This document shows positions 18,221 to 30,982 of a DNA stretch of 64,000 nucleotides, one piece after another. The stretch covers positions 2,125 to 66,124 of the forward strand of contig CABZPS010000002.1 of the NCBI GenBank assembly GCA_902527635.1, read 5' to 3'. Every line of letters starts with the position of its first letter. Positions within the stretch are counted from its first letter, which is position 1. A model generated the notes under the pieces. It worked only from the letters and a program-made list of their open reading frames with translations, was not told the DNA's origin and ran no database searches. This DNA comes from an uncultured Pelagibacteraceae bacterium (lineage in GTDB: Bacteria; Pseudomonadota; Alphaproteobacteria; Pelagibacterales; Pelagibacteraceae). The position numbers and the translations under genes are program-made.

Positions 18221-19369
18221 ATGACTAAAAATAACTTAAAAGTAGTTAAATCTACTAAAAATCAAGAATTGGAAAATAAAGAAAAAAATAAAGCTTTAGA
18301 AGCTGCAATCAGCCAAATTACAGATAATTTTGGAAAAGGTTCAGTAATGAAGCTTGGTGAAAAAAGAGCTATGGATATCGAGTCGGTATCTACTGGATCT
18401 TTAAGTTTAGATTTAGCTTTAGGAATAGGTGGATTACCTAAAGGCAGAATTATTGAAGTTTACGGACCAGAGTCTTCTGGAAAAACAACATTAGCATTAC
18501 AAGTTGTTGCTGAAGCTCAAAAAGCAGGTGGAATTTGTGCATTCGTTGATGCAGAGCATGCTTTAGATCCAGTTTACGCAAAGAAATTAGGCGTAAATAC
18601 TGAGGAGCTTTTAATATCTCAACCAGATGCAGGTGAGCAAGCTTTAGAAATCGCTGATACGCTAGTAAAATCAGGCTCTATTTCAGTTATCGTAATTGAC
18701 TCCGTTGCAGCTTTAACTCCAAAAGCTGAAATTGAAGGTGAGATGGGTGATCATCATGTTGGTCTTCAATCAAGATTAATGAGTCAGGCTTTAAGAAAAT
18801 TAACTGGTTCAATTTCAAACACAAACACAATGATGATTTTTATTAACCAAATTAGAATGAAAATTGGAGTTATGTTTGGAAGTCCTGAAACAACATCAGG
18901 TGGAAATGCACTTAAATTTTATTCATCTGTAAGAATGGATATTAGAAGAATTGGTGCCATCAAAGATAAAGATGAAATTATCGGTAATACTACAAGAGTT
19001 AAAGTAGTTAAAAATAAAGTTGCACCACCATTTAAAGTTGTTGAGTTTGACTTAATGTATGGCAAAGGAATTAGCAAAATGGGTGAGTTAGTCGACCTAG
19101 GTGCTAAAGCTGATATTATTGAAAAATCAGGAGCATGGTATGCTTACAAGGGTGAAAAGATAGGTCAAGGTAGAGAAAATGCAAAAACTTATCTTGCACA
19201 AAACCCTAATGTTGCTGCAGAAATAGAAATGGCAATTAGAGAGAAAGCTGGTGTGATTTCAAAGAAAATTGAGGGAAATCCACTAAGTCCTGAAAAAATT
19301 GAGAAGGAGAAGAAAGTAGCTGAAAATGAAGAGGCTGCAAAAGAGACTATTCCTACTAAAAAGAACTAG
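18221..19369 (+). CDS. recA: Recombinase RecA
   Basis: [34 protein letters not shown]. Confidence 0.99.
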   Translation: MTKNNLKVVKSTKNQELENKEKNKALEAAISQITDNFGKGSVMKLGEKRAMDIESVSTGSLSLDLALGIGGLPKGRIIEVYGPESSGKTTLALQVVAEAQKAGGICAFVDAEHALDPVYAKKLGVNTEELLISQPDAGEQALEIADTLVKSGSISVIVIDSVAALTPKAEIEGEMGDHHVGLQSRLMSQALRKLTGSISNTNTMMIFINQIRMKIGVMFGSPETTSGGNALKFYSSVRMDIRRIGAIKDKDEIIGNTTRVKVVKNKVAPPFKVVEFDLMYGKGISKMGELVDLGAKADIIEKSGAWYAYKGEKIGQGRENAKTYLAQNPNVAAEIEMAIREKAGVISKKIEGNPLSPEKIEKEKKVAENEEAAKETIPTKKN

Positions 19370-19393
19370 AATTAAAGGTCATTTTTAAATTAT

Positions 19394-19418
19394 AAAGGCG
19401 CTTATAATAAGCGCCTTT
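19394..19418 (+). terminator. Stem-loop terminator after recA
   Basis: AAAGGCGCTTA-taa-TAAGCGCCTTT perfect inverted repeat; short T tail. Confidence 0.75.
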
Positions 19419-19469
19419 CCCCCTTTATCCCTAACTAGACATAAAATAAAAAAGCTGTATTTTAATAAT

Positions 19470-22136
19470 ATGGCAGACAAATCATTAAACGAAATAAGAA
19501 GTACGTTTTTAAAATACTTTGAAAAGAATGATCATAAGATCGTTGAGTCTAGTAATTTAGTACCAAATAATGACCCAACACTAATGTTTGCTAATTCTGG
19601 AATGGTTCAATTCAAAAATGTATTTACTGGTTTAGAGAAAAGAGATTATCAAAGAGCAACTACTTCTCAAAAATGTGTAAGGGCAGGTGGTAAACATAAT
19701 GATTTAGAAAATGTTGGTTATACTCCAAGACACCATACTTTTTTTGAAATGTTAGGTAACTTTTCTTTTGGAGATTATTTCAAAGAAAGAGGAATAGAAT
19801 TAGCGTGGAATTTGATAACTAAAGACTTTGGTCTTGATAAAAATAGGCTTTATGTAACCGTTTTTCATGAGGATGATGAGGCTTTTAATTTTTGGAAGAA
19901 AATTGCAGGTTTTAGCGATGATAGAATAATTAGAATTGCAACATCAGATAATTTTTGGTCAATGGGTGAAACTGGGCCATGCGGTCCTTGCTCAGAAATA
20001 TTTTATGATCATGGTGATCATTTAAAAGGAGGATTGCCAGGAACCAAAGATCAAGATGGAGATCGTTTTATTGAAATTTGGAACTTGGTCTTTATGCAGT
20101 ATGAGCAAGTTTCAAAAGATAAAAGAATAGATTTACCAAAACCATCTGTCGATACAGGAATGGGATTAGAGAGAATTGCAGCTCTTTTACAAGGTACACA
20201 CGATAATTATCAAACTGATCATTTTAAGAAATTAATAAGTTCAATATCTGAAGTAACAAAAGTGAAACAAGAAAATAAAAATATATCGAGTTTTAGAGTA
20301 ATTGCTGATCACTTAAGAGCAAGCTCATTTCTTTTAGCTGAAGGTGTTTTACCCTCAAATGAGGGTCGGGGATATGTTCTTAGAAGAATTATGAGAAGAG
20401 GTATGAGACACTCTCATTTATTGGGATCTAAAGAACCAATATTTTTTAAAATTTTTGAGGCTTTAAAAAATGAAATGTCAGGAAATTATCCAGAATTAGA
20501 AAGATCAGAGTCTTTAATAAAAGAAACATTAAAAATGGAGGAGGAAAAATTTTTAGTTTTACTTGATAGAGGAATTAAAATTTTAAATGATGAAATTTCA
20601 AAAATAGATAAAGTCTTACCAGGAGATGTAGCATTCAAATTATATGATACCTATGGTTTCCCATTAGATCTGACTGAAGATATTTTAAAAAATAAATCAT
20701 TAACGGTTGATCATAAAAAATTTGATCAATTAATGAAAAATAGTAAAGAACTTGCCAAAAAAAACTGGAAAGGTTCAGGTGACAGTTCAGAGGAAGCAAT
20801 TTGGTTTTCAATCAAAGATAAAATTGGTCCAACTGAATTTTTAGGTTACGAATCTAATCAATCAGAGGGAGTTATATTAAATTTGATTAGGGAAAATAAC
20901 GAAGTGAAATCACTATCCACTGGTGAAGAAGGAATAATAATAACAAATCAAACTCCTTTTTATGGTCAGTCTGGTGGACAACTTGGTGACAAAGGCACAA
21001 TAGTCTCAGGTAATTCAGTTTTTGAGGTTGAGGATACACAAAAAAAACTTGGTAATTTATTTGCTCATTATGGTTCATTAAAAACAGGCTCAATAAAAGT
21101 GGGTGATGCTGTTGAATTAAAAATTGATATTGAAAGAAGAGCAAATCTTAAAGCTTATCATTCAGCTACACATCTTCTTCATGAGTCTTTAAGAAGAACA
21201 CTTGGAAAACATGTTATGCAAAAAGGTTCACTTGTTGCGCCAGATCGTTTGAGATTTGATTTTAGTCATATGAAACCAATCACAAATGAAGAGTTAGTAA
21301 TAATTGATAAATTAGTAAACGACTATGTGAAAAATAATACTGAAGTAACTACTAGAATTATGACACCAAAAGCAGCTATTGAAAAAGGTGCTCTAGCATT
21401 TTTTGGAGAAAAGTACGGCGAGGAAGTAAGGGTAGTATCTATGGGCAAAGAAAAAGAAGCTTATTTTTCAACAGAATTGTGCGGTGGAACCCATGTTAAA
21501 AACACTGGTGACATTGGAAAATTTAAAACTGTAAGTCAATCCTCTATAGCAGCAGGTGTTAGAAGAGTAGAGGCATTGAGAGACAAAGAATTAAATGAAT
21601 ATATTAAAAATAAAGAAAGGACATCAACACTTTCAATTCAGAAAGATGAGGAGACAATTAAAGAATTATCGTCTCAAATCATAAAACTTGGTGCTAAGCC
21701 AAATATAGAAAGTAGAGATCTTAAGGAACTTATTAAAAATCTTTCAAGACAACTAGAACAACTTAATGTGAGTTTAGTTTTAAAAGATAAAACAAAAAAT
21801 ATTATCAATGATCAAAAAATTAAAGATATAAAAGTCAGATTTCAAAAAATTATCGATCTACCACCAAAAGATTTAAGAAAACTTGTTGATAATGGAAAAA
21901 AAGAATTAGGTGATGGCATTATAATTGTATTTGCTACTAATGAGGAAAAAGTTGGACTAGCAGTAGGTATAACAAAAAAATTGATTGATAAATATGATGC
22001 AGTTAAATTTGCTAAATTAGGTTCAGAGACTATTGGTGGCAAAGGTGGAGGTGGCAGAAAAGACTTTGCACAAGCAGGTGGTCAGGACCAAAATAAAATT
22101 GATGAAGCTTTTGATAAGATAAAGTCTTTAATTTAA
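19470..22136 (+). CDS. alaS: Alanine--tRNA ligase
   Basis: [49 protein letters not shown]. Confidence 0.99.
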   Translation: MADKSLNEIRSTFLKYFEKNDHKIVESSNLVPNNDPTLMFANSGMVQFKNVFTGLEKRDYQRATTSQKCVRAGGKHNDLENVGYTPRHHTFFEMLGNFSFGDYFKERGIELAWNLITKDFGLDKNRLYVTVFHEDDEAFNFWKKIAGFSDDRIIRIATSDNFWSMGETGPCGPCSEIFYDHGDHLKGGLPGTKDQDGDRFIEIWNLVFMQYEQVSKDKRIDLPKPSVDTGMGLERIAALLQGTHDNYQTDHFKKLISSISEVTKVKQENKNISSFRVIADHLRASSFLLAEGVLPSNEGRGYVLRRIMRRGMRHSHLLGSKEPIFFKIFEALKNEMSGNYPELERSESLIKETLKMEEEKFLVLLDRGIKILNDEISKIDKVLPGDVAFKLYDTYGFPLDLTEDILKNKSLTVDHKKFDQLMKNSKELAKKNWKGSGDSSEEAIWFSIKDKIGPTEFLGYESNQSEGVILNLIRENNEVKSLSTGEEGIIITNQTPFYGQSGGQLGDKGTIVSGNSVFEVEDTQKKLGNLFAHYGSLKTGSIKVGDAVELKIDIERRANLKAYHSATHLLHESLRRTLGKHVMQKGSLVAPDRLRFDFSHMKPITNEELVIIDKLVNDYVKNNTEVTTRIMTPKAAIEKGALAFFGEKYGEEVRVVSMGKEKEAYFSTELCGGTHVKNTGDIGKFKTVSQSSIAAGVRRVEALRDKELNEYIKNKERTSTLSIQKDEETIKELSSQIIKLGAKPNIESRDLKELIKNLSRQLEQLNVSLVLKDKTKNIINDQKIKDIKVRFQKIIDLPPKDLRKLVDNGKKELGDGIIIVFATNEEKVGLAVGITKKLIDKYDAVKFAKLGSETIGGKGGGGRKDFAQAGGQDQNKIDEAFDKIKSLI

Positions 22137-23342
22137 TCTTTTTTTCAAATTACTATCAATTATATCTAAGAACTGATTAGTAGTTAAATATTTACTCGAA
22201 GGTCCAACCAGTATTGCAAGGTCTTTTGTCATTGATCCGCCTTCTACACACTGGATACAAACTTCTTCAATTGTATTTGCAAATTTTACCAGTTCGTCAT
22301 TTCCATCTAATTTACCCCTATGAGCCAAGCCTCTTGTCCACGCAAATATAGATGCAATAGGGTTTGTGGATGTTTCTTTCCCTTGTTGATGCATCCGATA
22401 ATGCCTGGTAACAGTACCATGAGCTGCTTCAGCCTCCATTACTTTACCATCTGGAGTTAATAATGTACTAGTCATTAGACCTAAAGAACCATAGCCCTGG
22501 GCCATTGTATCAGATTGTACATCACCATCGTAGTTCTTACATGCCCAGATATATTTACCACTCCATTTCATTGCACATGCAACCATGTCATCAATTAATC
22601 TGTGTTCGTATGTAATTTTAGCATCATTAAATTGTTTCTGAAATTCTTTATTAAATACTTCCTCAAAAATGTCTTTAAATCTTCCATCATACTTTTTTAG
22701 GATTGTATTTTTAGTCGATAAATATACTGGCCATTTCTTTATCAATCCATAGCTGAAACAAGATCTAGCAAAATCTTCAATTGATTTATCTAAATTATAC
22801 ATTGAAAGAGCAACTCCTGGACCTGTAAAATTAAATACCTCATATTTGATTTGATCTTTGCCATCTTCAGAAGTCCATTTTACTTCCATTTTACCTTTAC
22901 CAGGTACTTTAAAATCTGTAGCTCTATATTGATCTCCAAAAGCGTGTCTTCCAATAATTACGGGATCAGTCCAAGATGGAACAAGTTTTGGAATATTTGA
23001 ACAAATAATTGGCTCTCTAAAAACTGTACCTCCAATAATATTTCTAATGGTACCGTTTGGAGACCTCCACATTTTCTTTAATTTGAACTCCTCTACTCGA
23101 GCCTCATCAGGGGTGATTGTTGCACACTTAATTCCTACACCAACTTTTTTAATTGCATTGGCCGCATCAATAGTTATTTGATCATCTGAATTGTCCCTAC
23201 TTTTCATACCGAGATCGTAATAATCAATGCCTAATTCTATGTAGGGAAGAATTAGTTTATTTTTGATAAATTCCCAGATTATTCTGGTCATTTCATCACC
23301 GTCTAACTCTACAACTGGATTTTTTACCTTTATTTTACTCAC
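22128..23342 (-). CDS. icd: Isocitrate dehydrogenase (type II, NADP-dependent family)
   Basis: [42 protein letters not shown]. Confidence 0.97.
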   Translation of the reverse strand: MSKIKVKNPVVELDGDEMTRIIWEFIKNKLILPYIELGIDYYDLGMKSRDNSDDQITIDAANAIKKVGVGIKCATITPDEARVEEFKLKKMWRSPNGTIRNIIGGTVFREPIICSNIPKLVPSWTDPVIIGRHAFGDQYRATDFKVPGKGKMEVKWTSEDGKDQIKYEVFNFTGPGVALSMYNLDKSIEDFARSCFSYGLIKKWPVYLSTKNTILKKYDGRFKDIFEEVFNKEFQKQFNDAKITYEHRLIDDMVACAMKWSGKYIWACKNYDGDVQSDTMAQGYGSLGLMTSTLLTPDGKVMEAEAAHGTVTRHYRMHQQGKETSTNPIASIFAWTRGLAHRGKLDGNDELVKFANTIEEVCIQCVEGGSMTKDLAILVGPSSKYLTTNQFLDIIDSNLKKRLN

Positions 23343-23417
23343 TTTATTTAACTATCTTAATAATTGAATTTCGCGATTTTATATACATATTAATGAAAAA
23401 TTATCAAATAGAAGAAT

Positions 23418-24065
23418 ATGTTTAGTAAGATATTTCCAAAAATTCACGCTGAGGGATATAAATTCTTAGTTATTGCAGGAATTATAACTATCATTTTTTA
23501 TATTTTAAGCAGCTTCCTAGGTTTGATTGGTTTAGTTTTAACAATCTGGGTGTACTATTTTTTTAGAGATCCAGATAGAATAATCATTAATGATGACAAT
23601 TATCTTGTAAGTCCTGCTGATGGAGAGGTAATTAAGGTTGAAGAGGTAGATGGCCCAAAAGAACTTGGATTAGAAAATAAAAAATTTAAAAAAATCAGTA
23701 TATTCATGAATGTTTTTGATTGTCATGTTAACAGAACTCCATGTAGTGGAAAAATTGAGGAAATTTTATATAAACCAGGAAAATTTGTAAATGCATCTTT
23801 AGATAAAGCAAGCGAAGACAATGAAAGAAATTATTACAAAATTAAAGATAATCATGGTAATGATGTCGTTGTTGTTCAAATAGCAGGATTAGTCGCAAGG
23901 AGAATCGTTTGTGAGTCAAACAAAGATCAAGATTTAAAACAAGGTGATAGAATTGGAATGATAAGATTTGGAAGTAGGGCAGATGTATACTATGAGAATT
24001 ATGAACCTCTTGTTCAAATTGGTCAAACCTCAATAGCTGGAGAAACATTGTTAGCTAAAAAATAA
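23418..24065 (+). CDS. psd: Phosphatidylserine decarboxylase proenzyme
   Basis: FFRDP, SPADG, HVNR, QIAG, FGS cleavage motif. Confidence 0.93.
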   Translation: MFSKIFPKIHAEGYKFLVIAGIITIIFYILSSFLGLIGLVLTIWVYYFFRDPDRIIINDDNYLVSPADGEVIKVEEVDGPKELGLENKKFKKISIFMNVFDCHVNRTPCSGKIEEILYKPGKFVNASLDKASEDNERNYYKIKDNHGNDVVVVQIAGLVARRIVCESNKDQDLKQGDRIGMIRFGSRADVYYENYEPLVQIGQTSIAGETLLAKK

Positions 24066-24868
24066 TGGAGCCACAAAAAAAAAAATTTAGAATCGTAAGT
24101 GATAAAAAAAGCGCAAGAGTAATCTTACCAAACATGTTGACTTTAATAGGAGTTTGCATTGGATTAACATCTATAAGGTTTGCTCTAGATGGCAGATTTG
24201 AATTAGCTATAGTGGCAATTATTATCGCAGCTTTAATTGATGGCTTAGATGGAAGAATAGCTAGATTAATTAAGGGAACATCAAAAGTTGGCAAAGAATT
24301 AGACTCTTTAACAGATATGATAAGTTTTGGTGTTGCTCCAGCGTTTATTATGTTTTTTTGGAAATTAAATACACTTGGAAAATTTGGCTGGTTATTGTGT
24401 TTAATATATGTAATTTGTGTTGCTTTAAGGCTTGCACGATTTAACGTTAATTCAATTAGTGAGCCTTCATGGAAAGATAATTTTTTTGAGGGTGTACCAT
24501 CTCCAGCTGGAGGAATTTTAGTGCTAACACCACTAATCATAAGTCTAAGTGGATTTGAATTATTTCAAATTAGTTATGATATAGTAACATCGGTCTTTTT
24601 TATAGTTACCTCTTTTTTATTAATAAGTAAATTTCCAACTTATTCTTTTAAAAAGATAGTTATTCCAAGAAGAACAACTATTTTTCTATTGTTTGGCATT
24701 GTTCTATTTTTTGGCTTATTACTTATATACACATTTAATGTAATTGCATTAAGTGCTGTCATTTATGTATTATTGTTGCCTATAAGTTTTCTTCATTATC
24801 AAAAAATTAAAAAGCAACATGAAAATGACAGAATTCAAGATGAAGATGATCTTGAAGATATACTTTAA
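24065..24868 (+). CDS. pssA: CDP-diacylglycerol--serine O-phosphatidyltransferase
   Basis: DGLDGRIAR…G.ELDSL.D CDP-alcohol motif, RLARFN; coupled to psd. Confidence 0.92.
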   Translation: MEPQKKKFRIVSDKKSARVILPNMLTLIGVCIGLTSIRFALDGRFELAIVAIIIAALIDGLDGRIARLIKGTSKVGKELDSLTDMISFGVAPAFIMFFWKLNTLGKFGWLLCLIYVICVALRLARFNVNSISEPSWKDNFFEGVPSPAGGILVLTPLIISLSGFELFQISYDIVTSVFFIVTSFLLISKFPTYSFKKIVIPRRTTIFLLFGIVLFFGLLLIYTFNVIALSAVIYVLLLPISFLHYQKIKKQHENDRIQDEDDLEDIL

Positions 24869-25779
24869 TGAAAAAAAATGTAATTGTTTCATTAGCTGAT
24901 GCTAATTATTTTCCTCTATTAGATGAGCTGATTAATTCTATAAAGAAATTTAAAGAAAGTGAAAAAATATCTATTTGTGTATTAGATGCAGGATTAAAAC
25001 AAGATCAAAAAGATTTATTGTCAAAAAAAGTAGATGAAATTAAAAAAGCAGATTGGGATATTGAAGTTCCAAAGTTTAAAGTAAAAGGAAAAGAATGGTT
25101 AAAAAGTCAAGTCTCTAGGGCTTTTTTGCCAAAGTACTTCCCAAATTATGGTAAATATTTATGGATTGATTGCGATGCTTGGGTGAATGATTGGGAATGT
25201 GTAGAATTATATTTTAAAGCTTGTGACAACGGTAAATTAGGTATCACACAGACGCTTGGCCCAGGGTACAAAATAATGTCGAAAGTTAATTGGCTATTTG
25301 GAAAATTAGCAATTATTAAATCACAAAATTTCAAACATGCAGTGAAATCCAAAATACCATATGATAAAGCAAGAAAATTAGCCTTTGCACCACATATAAA
25401 CATTGGTGTTTTTTCTTTGGAAAAAAATTCTCCTGGTTGGGAAAGTTGGCAAAATAATCTTAAAAAAACTTTAAAAGCAGGAAATATTTTTGGCTCTGAG
25501 GGATTAGCGATTAATATGTCAGTATATATTGATGATTTAGCCACAGAATTTTTACCACTTAATTGTAATTGGATTGCTAGTAATCTACTGCCAAAATATG
25601 ATGAAATTAATAATACTTTTGTTGAACCATATTTACCTAATTATAAAATAGGTATAATGCACCTTGCAGCTGGCATTTGGAAAGATGGCAAGGATATGAG
25701 GACAAACAAAAGTATTGAAATTGAGATTGAAACATTAAGTGATAAAAAAGTTATTAAAAGCTTAAGGTATAATATTTAA
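24868..25779 (+). CDS. Putative GT-A glycosyltransferase (GT8-like)
   Basis: ADANYF, RAFLP..FP, WIDCD (DxD), INIGVF, CNW, IMHLA. Confidence 0.6.
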   Translation: MKKNVIVSLADANYFPLLDELINSIKKFKESEKISICVLDAGLKQDQKDLLSKKVDEIKKADWDIEVPKFKVKGKEWLKSQVSRAFLPKYFPNYGKYLWIDCDAWVNDWECVELYFKACDNGKLGITQTLGPGYKIMSKVNWLFGKLAIIKSQNFKHAVKSKIPYDKARKLAFAPHINIGVFSLEKNSPGWESWQNNLKKTLKAGNIFGSEGLAINMSVYIDDLATEFLPLNCNWIASNLLPKYDEINNTFVEPYLPNYKIGIMHLAAGIWKDGKDMRTNKSIEIEIETLSDKKVIKSLRYNI

Positions 25780-26391
25780 TTGAAAAAAAATAGAATTTCT
25801 AAAAACTGGATAAATAGACAAAAACGAGATATTTATGTACGCCAATCAAAAGTCGACGGTTATAGAGCGCGATCAGCTTATAAATTAATTGAAATAGATA
25901 AAAAATTTAAGATCTTTAAGAGCGGAATGTTTATTTTAGATATTGGTGCAGCACCTGGAAGCTGGTCTCAATATGCTTCAAAAGCAATAAAAAATGGAAA
26001 AATAATATCTATTGATTTAAAAGATATGTCACCGATTAATAATGGAATTCATATAAAAGGTGATTTTACAGAGCCTGGTATTCAAGAAAAAATTAAAGAA
26101 AATTTAACAAAAGAATTTGATGTAGTGATGTCTGATATGGCTGTAAACACTACTGGTGTAAAGAACCTCGACTCAATTCAAACCGGAGAATTATGCAAAG
26201 AAGCAATGATATTTTCAAAAAAAGTAATTTCATCAAAGGGTTATTTTATTTCAAAAATTTTTATGGGTAGTACTTTTAATGAAATTGTCGCACTTGCAAA
26301 GAAAATATTTAGAGAACTAAAGGTTTTTAAACCTTTATCAAGCAGAAAAGAATCTAAAGAAAGTTTTATAGTTTGTAAAAAAATTAGATAG
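25780..26391 (+). CDS. rlmE: 23S rRNA Um2552 methyltransferase RlmE
   Basis: YRARSAYKL, DIGAAPGSW, SDMA, KP.SSR.ES.E; TTG start. Confidence 0.93.
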   Translation: MKKNRISKNWINRQKRDIYVRQSKVDGYRARSAYKLIEIDKKFKIFKSGMFILDIGAAPGSWSQYASKAIKNGKIISIDLKDMSPINNGIHIKGDFTEPGIQEKIKENLTKEFDVVMSDMAVNTTGVKNLDSIQTGELCKEAMIFSKKVISSKGYFISKIFMGSTFNEIVALAKKIFRELKVFKPLSSRKESKESFIVCKKIR

Positions 26392-26422
26392 TCACTTTAA
26401 TATTTCAAGGAATCATATATAA

Positions 26423-27502
26423 ATGAATATGGATCCTATAAAAGAAGCTCTTACCTTTGATGATGTTACACTAGCTCCGAAGTATTCAAATATACTTCCG
26501 TCGGAAGTTGATACCAGTATAATATTAACTAAATTCCTTAAACTAAAAATTCCGTTATTAACCTCAGCTATGGATACTGTGACAGAGAGCAAAATGGCAA
26601 TTGCTATTGCTAAAGCTGGAGGCATTGGCATAATCCATCGTAATTTGAATATAAAAAAACAAGTTGAAGAAATAAAAAAAGTTAAAAAACAAAAATTATT
26701 AGTTGGGGCTGCAGTAGGTGCTGGATCAAATGAACTTGCTAGAGCAAAGGCAATACTAAAAGAGGGTATAAACATGATAGTTGTGGATACCGCACACGGA
26801 CATACAAAAAAAGTCTCAGAAATGATCAAGTTTATTAAAAAAGAAAAAAATTTAAAAACTGCACTTTGCGCAGGAAACATTGCAACAGCAGAAGCAGCAA
26901 GATACTTAGATAAATTAGGGGTTGATATAATTAAAGTTGGAATAGGACCTGGCTCAATTTGTACTACTAGATTGGTTGCAGGTATTGGAGTTCCTCAATT
27001 AACTGCAATATTACATGTTAGAAATGCTATAAAAAAAAGCAAAGTTAAAATAATATCTGACGGGGGTATTAAGTACTCTGGAGATTTGGCGAAAGCATTT
27101 GCTGCTGGTGCTGATGCAGTCATGATTGGATCTTTGTTTGCAGGTACTGATGAAACACCAGGTAAACTTATAAAAAAAAATGGAAAGTTATTTAAAAGCT
27201 TCAGAGGTATGGGATCCGTTGGAGCAATGAACAAAGGGTCTGCAGATAGATACTTTCAATTTAAACAAAAAGATAATTCTAAATATGTTCCTGAGGGGGT
27301 TGAAGGTCTTGCTAAATATAAAGGGAAAGTTGGTAAAGTTATCTTTAGATTAGTAGGTGGCTTAAAATCATCTATGGGGTATCTTGGATCTAAACAAATT
27401 AAATATTTAAGGAAAAAGCCTCACTTTATAAAAATTACAAAAGCTGGATTTTATGAAAGTATGGTACATAATGTCGATATTGTTAAAGATAAAAATAGAT
27501 AA
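26423..27502 (+). CDS. guaB: IMP dehydrogenase lacking the CBS subdomain
   Basis: [41 protein letters not shown]; only 359 aa. Confidence 0.95.
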   Translation: MNMDPIKEALTFDDVTLAPKYSNILPSEVDTSIILTKFLKLKIPLLTSAMDTVTESKMAIAIAKAGGIGIIHRNLNIKKQVEEIKKVKKQKLLVGAAVGAGSNELARAKAILKEGINMIVVDTAHGHTKKVSEMIKFIKKEKNLKTALCAGNIATAEAARYLDKLGVDIIKVGIGPGSICTTRLVAGIGVPQLTAILHVRNAIKKSKVKIISDGGIKYSGDLAKAFAAGADAVMIGSLFAGTDETPGKLIKKNGKLFKSFRGMGSVGAMNKGSADRYFQFKQKDNSKYVPEGVEGLAKYKGKVGKVIFRLVGGLKSSMGYLGSKQIKYLRKKPHFIKITKAGFYESMVHNVDIVKDKNR

Positions 27503-27504
27503 TA

Positions 27505-27942
27505 ATGAAAAATATTTTTAAAAAAACTATAGTTATTTATTTTCTTACAAACATATTTGTTAGTTCATTTGCTAGTGAGAACTTTTTTTCTAAAGGTTTG
27601 GCTCTTTATGAAAATAAAAAATTCGATGATGCTAAGTTTATGTTTGAAAGAAGTATTGTCTTTAATCCAAAAGACTCAAATTCATATTTATATTTAGCTA
27701 AAATTTACAACTTCAAAGAAGATCAAGGTAAAGAAGAAAAAAATTTAGATGCTACTTTACTGATAGATCCAAATAACGAAGAAGCCATTTTAATGCTAAT
27801 GAAAATAGGATTGGAAAAATCAAATTATTCCCAGGTCAAAGATTTATCAAAAACATTTTCTGAGGTTTGTAAAAGTTTATGCAGTGAGAACAAAAAAATT
27901 TTAGAGACACTTGCTAATCTAGAGCCAAAAAATGACTCTTGA
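27505..27942 (+). CDS. Exported TPR-repeat protein
   Basis: Signal peptide and TPR-like helices. Confidence 0.65.
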   Translation: MKNIFKKTIVIYFLTNIFVSSFASENFFSKGLALYENKKFDDAKFMFERSIVFNPKDSNSYLYLAKIYNFKEDQGKEEKNLDATLLIDPNNEEAILMLMKIGLEKSNYSQVKDLSKTFSEVCKSLCSENKKILETLANLEPKNDS

Positions 27943-29494
27943 TAAAGGTCTTGATAAAATTTTAATCATTGATTTTGGTTCACAGTTTACCCAATTGATC
28001 GCAAGAAGAATAAGAGAGTTTGGTGTGTTTTCAGAGATCATTAGTCATAAAATAATAAAGAATAAAGATATAAATGAAAAAATTAAGGGAATAATTTTAT
28101 CAGGTGGACCTTTAAACGTTTACGATATTAAGAAATACTCATTTGATAAAAATATTATTGAAAATGAAATACCAGTACTCGGTATTTGCTTTGGTCATCA
28201 AATTTTATCTAAAATAAAAGGTGGAAAAGTAAAACAATCAAAACATAGAGAATTCGGTTTAGCTAATATCATTAAAAAAAATAATAGTCCGTTAATAAAA
28301 GATTATTTTAAAAACAGGAAATACGCGAAAGTTTGGATGAGTCATGCTGATCAAGTCTCTAGATTGCCAAAAAATTTTAGAGTTATTGCTTCTAGTCAAA
28401 ATTCAAAGTTTGCAATTGTGGAAAACAGCCTGAAAAGAATTTATGGAGTACAATTTCATCCAGAGGTAACTCACACAGAGAATGGTAAAATAATAATTAG
28501 AAACTTCATTTTTTCAATTTGTAAGATTAAAAAAAATTGGTCAGTAAAAAATCAAAAAAATAAATTAATAACAGAGATAAGAAATGAAGTTGGAAAAAAT
28601 AAAGTAATATGTGCTTTGTCTGGAGGAGTGGATAGCAGCGTAGTTGCGCAATTAATAAACAAAGCAATAGGAAAAAGACTATACTGTATTTTTGTAAATA
28701 CAGGTCTTTTAAGAAAAAATGAGGAAACACAAGTAATTAATACATTTAAAAAGAGATTAAAAATAAATCTTATTTACGTAAATGCTGAAAATGAGTTTTT
28801 AAGAAAACTTAAAAATATTTCAGATCCAGAAAAAAAAAGAAAAATAATAGGAAATCTTTTTATAAAAATTTTTGAAAGATATGCCAAAAAGATTAAAAGA
28901 GTAAGATTTTTAGCTCAAGGAACTCTTTATCCAGACTTAATTGAAAGTAAATCTGTTACAGGTAGCCAAACCTCTAAAATTAAATCGCACCATAACGTAG
29001 GTGGTCTTCCAAAGAAAATGAAATTGAAATTAGTAGAACCTTTAAGGTTTTTATTTAAGGATGAGGTAAGAAAATTAGGTTTAGATTTAAATTTAAATAA
29101 AGAAATCATCTCCAGACATCCTTTTCCCGGACCAGGTTTAGCAATAAGAATACCAGGAAATATAACAAAAGAAAAAATTAGAATTTTAAAAGAAGCTGAT
29201 CATTATTTTATTAGCGCTCTAAAAGAACATGGTTTCTACAATAAGATTTGGCAAGCTTATGCTGCCTTACTTCCCGTTAAAACTGTAGGTGTGATGGGAG
29301 ATAACAGAACTTATGAATACTTGTGTCTATTGAGAGCTATAACCTCTGAGGATGGTATGACAGCAGACTTTTATGAATTTAAAAAACCTTTTATTCAAAT
29401 GATTTCAAATAAAATTGTAAATAGTATAAGAGGAATAAATAGGGTAGTTTATGACGTTACATCTAAGCCGCCAAGTACTATTGAGCTAGAATGA
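27932..29494 (+). CDS. guaA: GMP synthase (glutamine-hydrolysing)
   Basis: [36 protein letters not shown]. Confidence 0.98.
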   Translation: MTLDKGLDKILIIDFGSQFTQLIARRIREFGVFSEIISHKIIKNKDINEKIKGIILSGGPLNVYDIKKYSFDKNIIENEIPVLGICFGHQILSKIKGGKVKQSKHREFGLANIIKKNNSPLIKDYFKNRKYAKVWMSHADQVSRLPKNFRVIASSQNSKFAIVENSLKRIYGVQFHPEVTHTENGKIIIRNFIFSICKIKKNWSVKNQKNKLITEIRNEVGKNKVICALSGGVDSSVVAQLINKAIGKRLYCIFVNTGLLRKNEETQVINTFKKRLKINLIYVNAENEFLRKLKNISDPEKKRKIIGNLFIKIFERYAKKIKRVRFLAQGTLYPDLIESKSVTGSQTSKIKSHHNVGGLPKKMKLKLVEPLRFLFKDEVRKLGLDLNLNKEIISRHPFPGPGLAIRIPGNITKEKIRILKEADHYFISALKEHGFYNKIWQAYAALLPVKTVGVMGDNRTYEYLCLLRAITSEDGMTADFYEFKKPFIQMISNKIVNSIRGINRVVYDVTSKPPSTIELE

Positions 29495-30261
29495 AAAAAA
29501 TTAAAAATATCATTGATAAAAAAAATAAATCAAAGATTGTATGTCTTACAGCTTACTCAAAAAATATCGCTGAAGAAGTTGATAAATATGTTGATATTGT
29601 TCTAGTTGGAGATTCCTTAGGCTCTGTTTTATATAATTATTCTTCAACAAAAAAAGTCACTTTAACAGAAATGATCAATCACTCCAGGAGTGTTAGATTG
29701 GGTATCAAAAAAAGTTTAATGGTTGTTGATATGCCATTCAAAACCTATAGCACAAAGTCTCTAGCATTTAGGAATGCAAAGAAAATTCTAAAAGAGACCA
29801 AATGTGATGCAGTAAAATTAGAAGGTGGCAAAAGGGTTATCGAACAAATACAGTTTTTGATTAAAAACAAAATCCCAGTTATGGGTCACATTGGTTTGCT
29901 TCCCCAATCAACAAAAAAATTTAAATCTAAGGGAAAAACTAATAGAGAAATAAAACACTTAATAAGTGATGCAATGCTGCTTCAAAAGAGTGGAGTATTT
30001 GCAATTGTTTTAGAGTGTGTAAAAACCGAAATTGCAAAACTCATTTCCAAAAAAATAAGTATTCCAACTATAGGCATTGGTTCATCCGTGTATTGCGATG
30101 GGCAAGTTTTAGTGACTGATGATTTAATTGGATTAAATCATACTAACATCAAATTTGTTAAAAGATTTTCTAATGTTAAAAAGTATATTAATGATGGTAT
30201 TAAAAAGTATGCCTCAGATGTAAGAAAAAAAAAATATCCCACAAAAAAACATTCTTATTAG
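29491..30261 (+). CDS. panB: 3-methyl-2-oxobutanoate hydroxymethyltransferase
   Basis: LTAY, LVGDSLG, DMPF, VKLEGG, GHIGL.PQ, DGQVLV. Confidence 0.93.
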   Translation: MKKIKNIIDKKNKSKIVCLTAYSKNIAEEVDKYVDIVLVGDSLGSVLYNYSSTKKVTLTEMINHSRSVRLGIKKSLMVVDMPFKTYSTKSLAFRNAKKILKETKCDAVKLEGGKRVIEQIQFLIKNKIPVMGHIGLLPQSTKKFKSKGKTNREIKHLISDAMLLQKSGVFAIVLECVKTEIAKLISKKISIPTIGIGSSVYCDGQVLVTDDLIGLNHTNIKFVKRFSNVKKYINDGIKKYASDVRKKKYPTKKHSY

Positions 30262-30869
30262 AAATATTTTTTAAATTCTTCATTTATAGACAATATATCT
30301 AGATCAACTAGACCACCAATTACTAGTTGAATAGCAACAAGTAAGATAAACCCTAAACCCACATAGGCAATCCATAAATGTTTTTGAATGTAGTTAGCAA
30401 GATAGGTTGCCATAGCACCTGTAAGCACAACTGATAATATAAGACCAAAAATCATAAAACTGAAATTACCCTTTGCTGCTCCAACAACTCCAATTACGTT
30501 ATCAAAACTTATCGTAATATCAGCAAATAAAACTTTATAGACACTTTGAATGTATGAAGGTTCTTTTGATTTTTTAGTTGGAGATTTAACCTTTTTAATC
30601 TCAAAAAGATCTTTTCTTAAATCATTAACAATCCAAATTAAGAGCAAACCACCTAAGATTTTTATAAAATAAAATTCGAATAAATATGTAGCAAATAATG
30701 CAAAAACGATTTTAAAAATTAATGCTCCAGCCACACCCCATAAAATAATTTGTCTTCTATTTTTTGGCGCAAAATTAGCAGCAATCAATCCAATTATAAT
30801 TGCATTATCTGCTGCTAAGATTATATCAATAAAAATAATCTGAACTAATATGAGTGCTTCTTCTAACAA
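30258..30869 (-). CDS. TerC/YjbE family membrane protein
   Basis: DIILAADNA and ADITISFDNV acidic TM motifs. Confidence 0.82.
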   Translation of the reverse strand: MLEEALILVQIIFIDIILAADNAIIIGLIAANFAPKNRRQIILWGVAGALIFKIVFALFATYLFEFYFIKILGGLLLIWIVNDLRKDLFEIKKVKSPTKKSKEPSYIQSVYKVLFADITISFDNVIGVVGAAKGNFSFMIFGLILSVVLTGAMATYLANYIQKHLWIAYVGLGFILLVAIQLVIGGLVDLDILSINEEFKKYF

Positions 30870-30982
30870 AGTATGCCTATAGTATTAGATATTTTAAATT
30901 ATTCAATTAAAAGTAGTATAATTTTTTTATTGATAATTATTTTAATACATAATGAAATGCTCTTAAAAAAAATGGAGGATAA

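Noticed and set aside
24055-24540. 161-aa antisense ORF over pssA (likewise 25146-25544, 26413-26880, 38318-38749, 52895-53206, 56991-57362 and other short nested ORFs)
   Set aside because: Shadow frames fully overlapping well-supported genes, with no recognisable motifs
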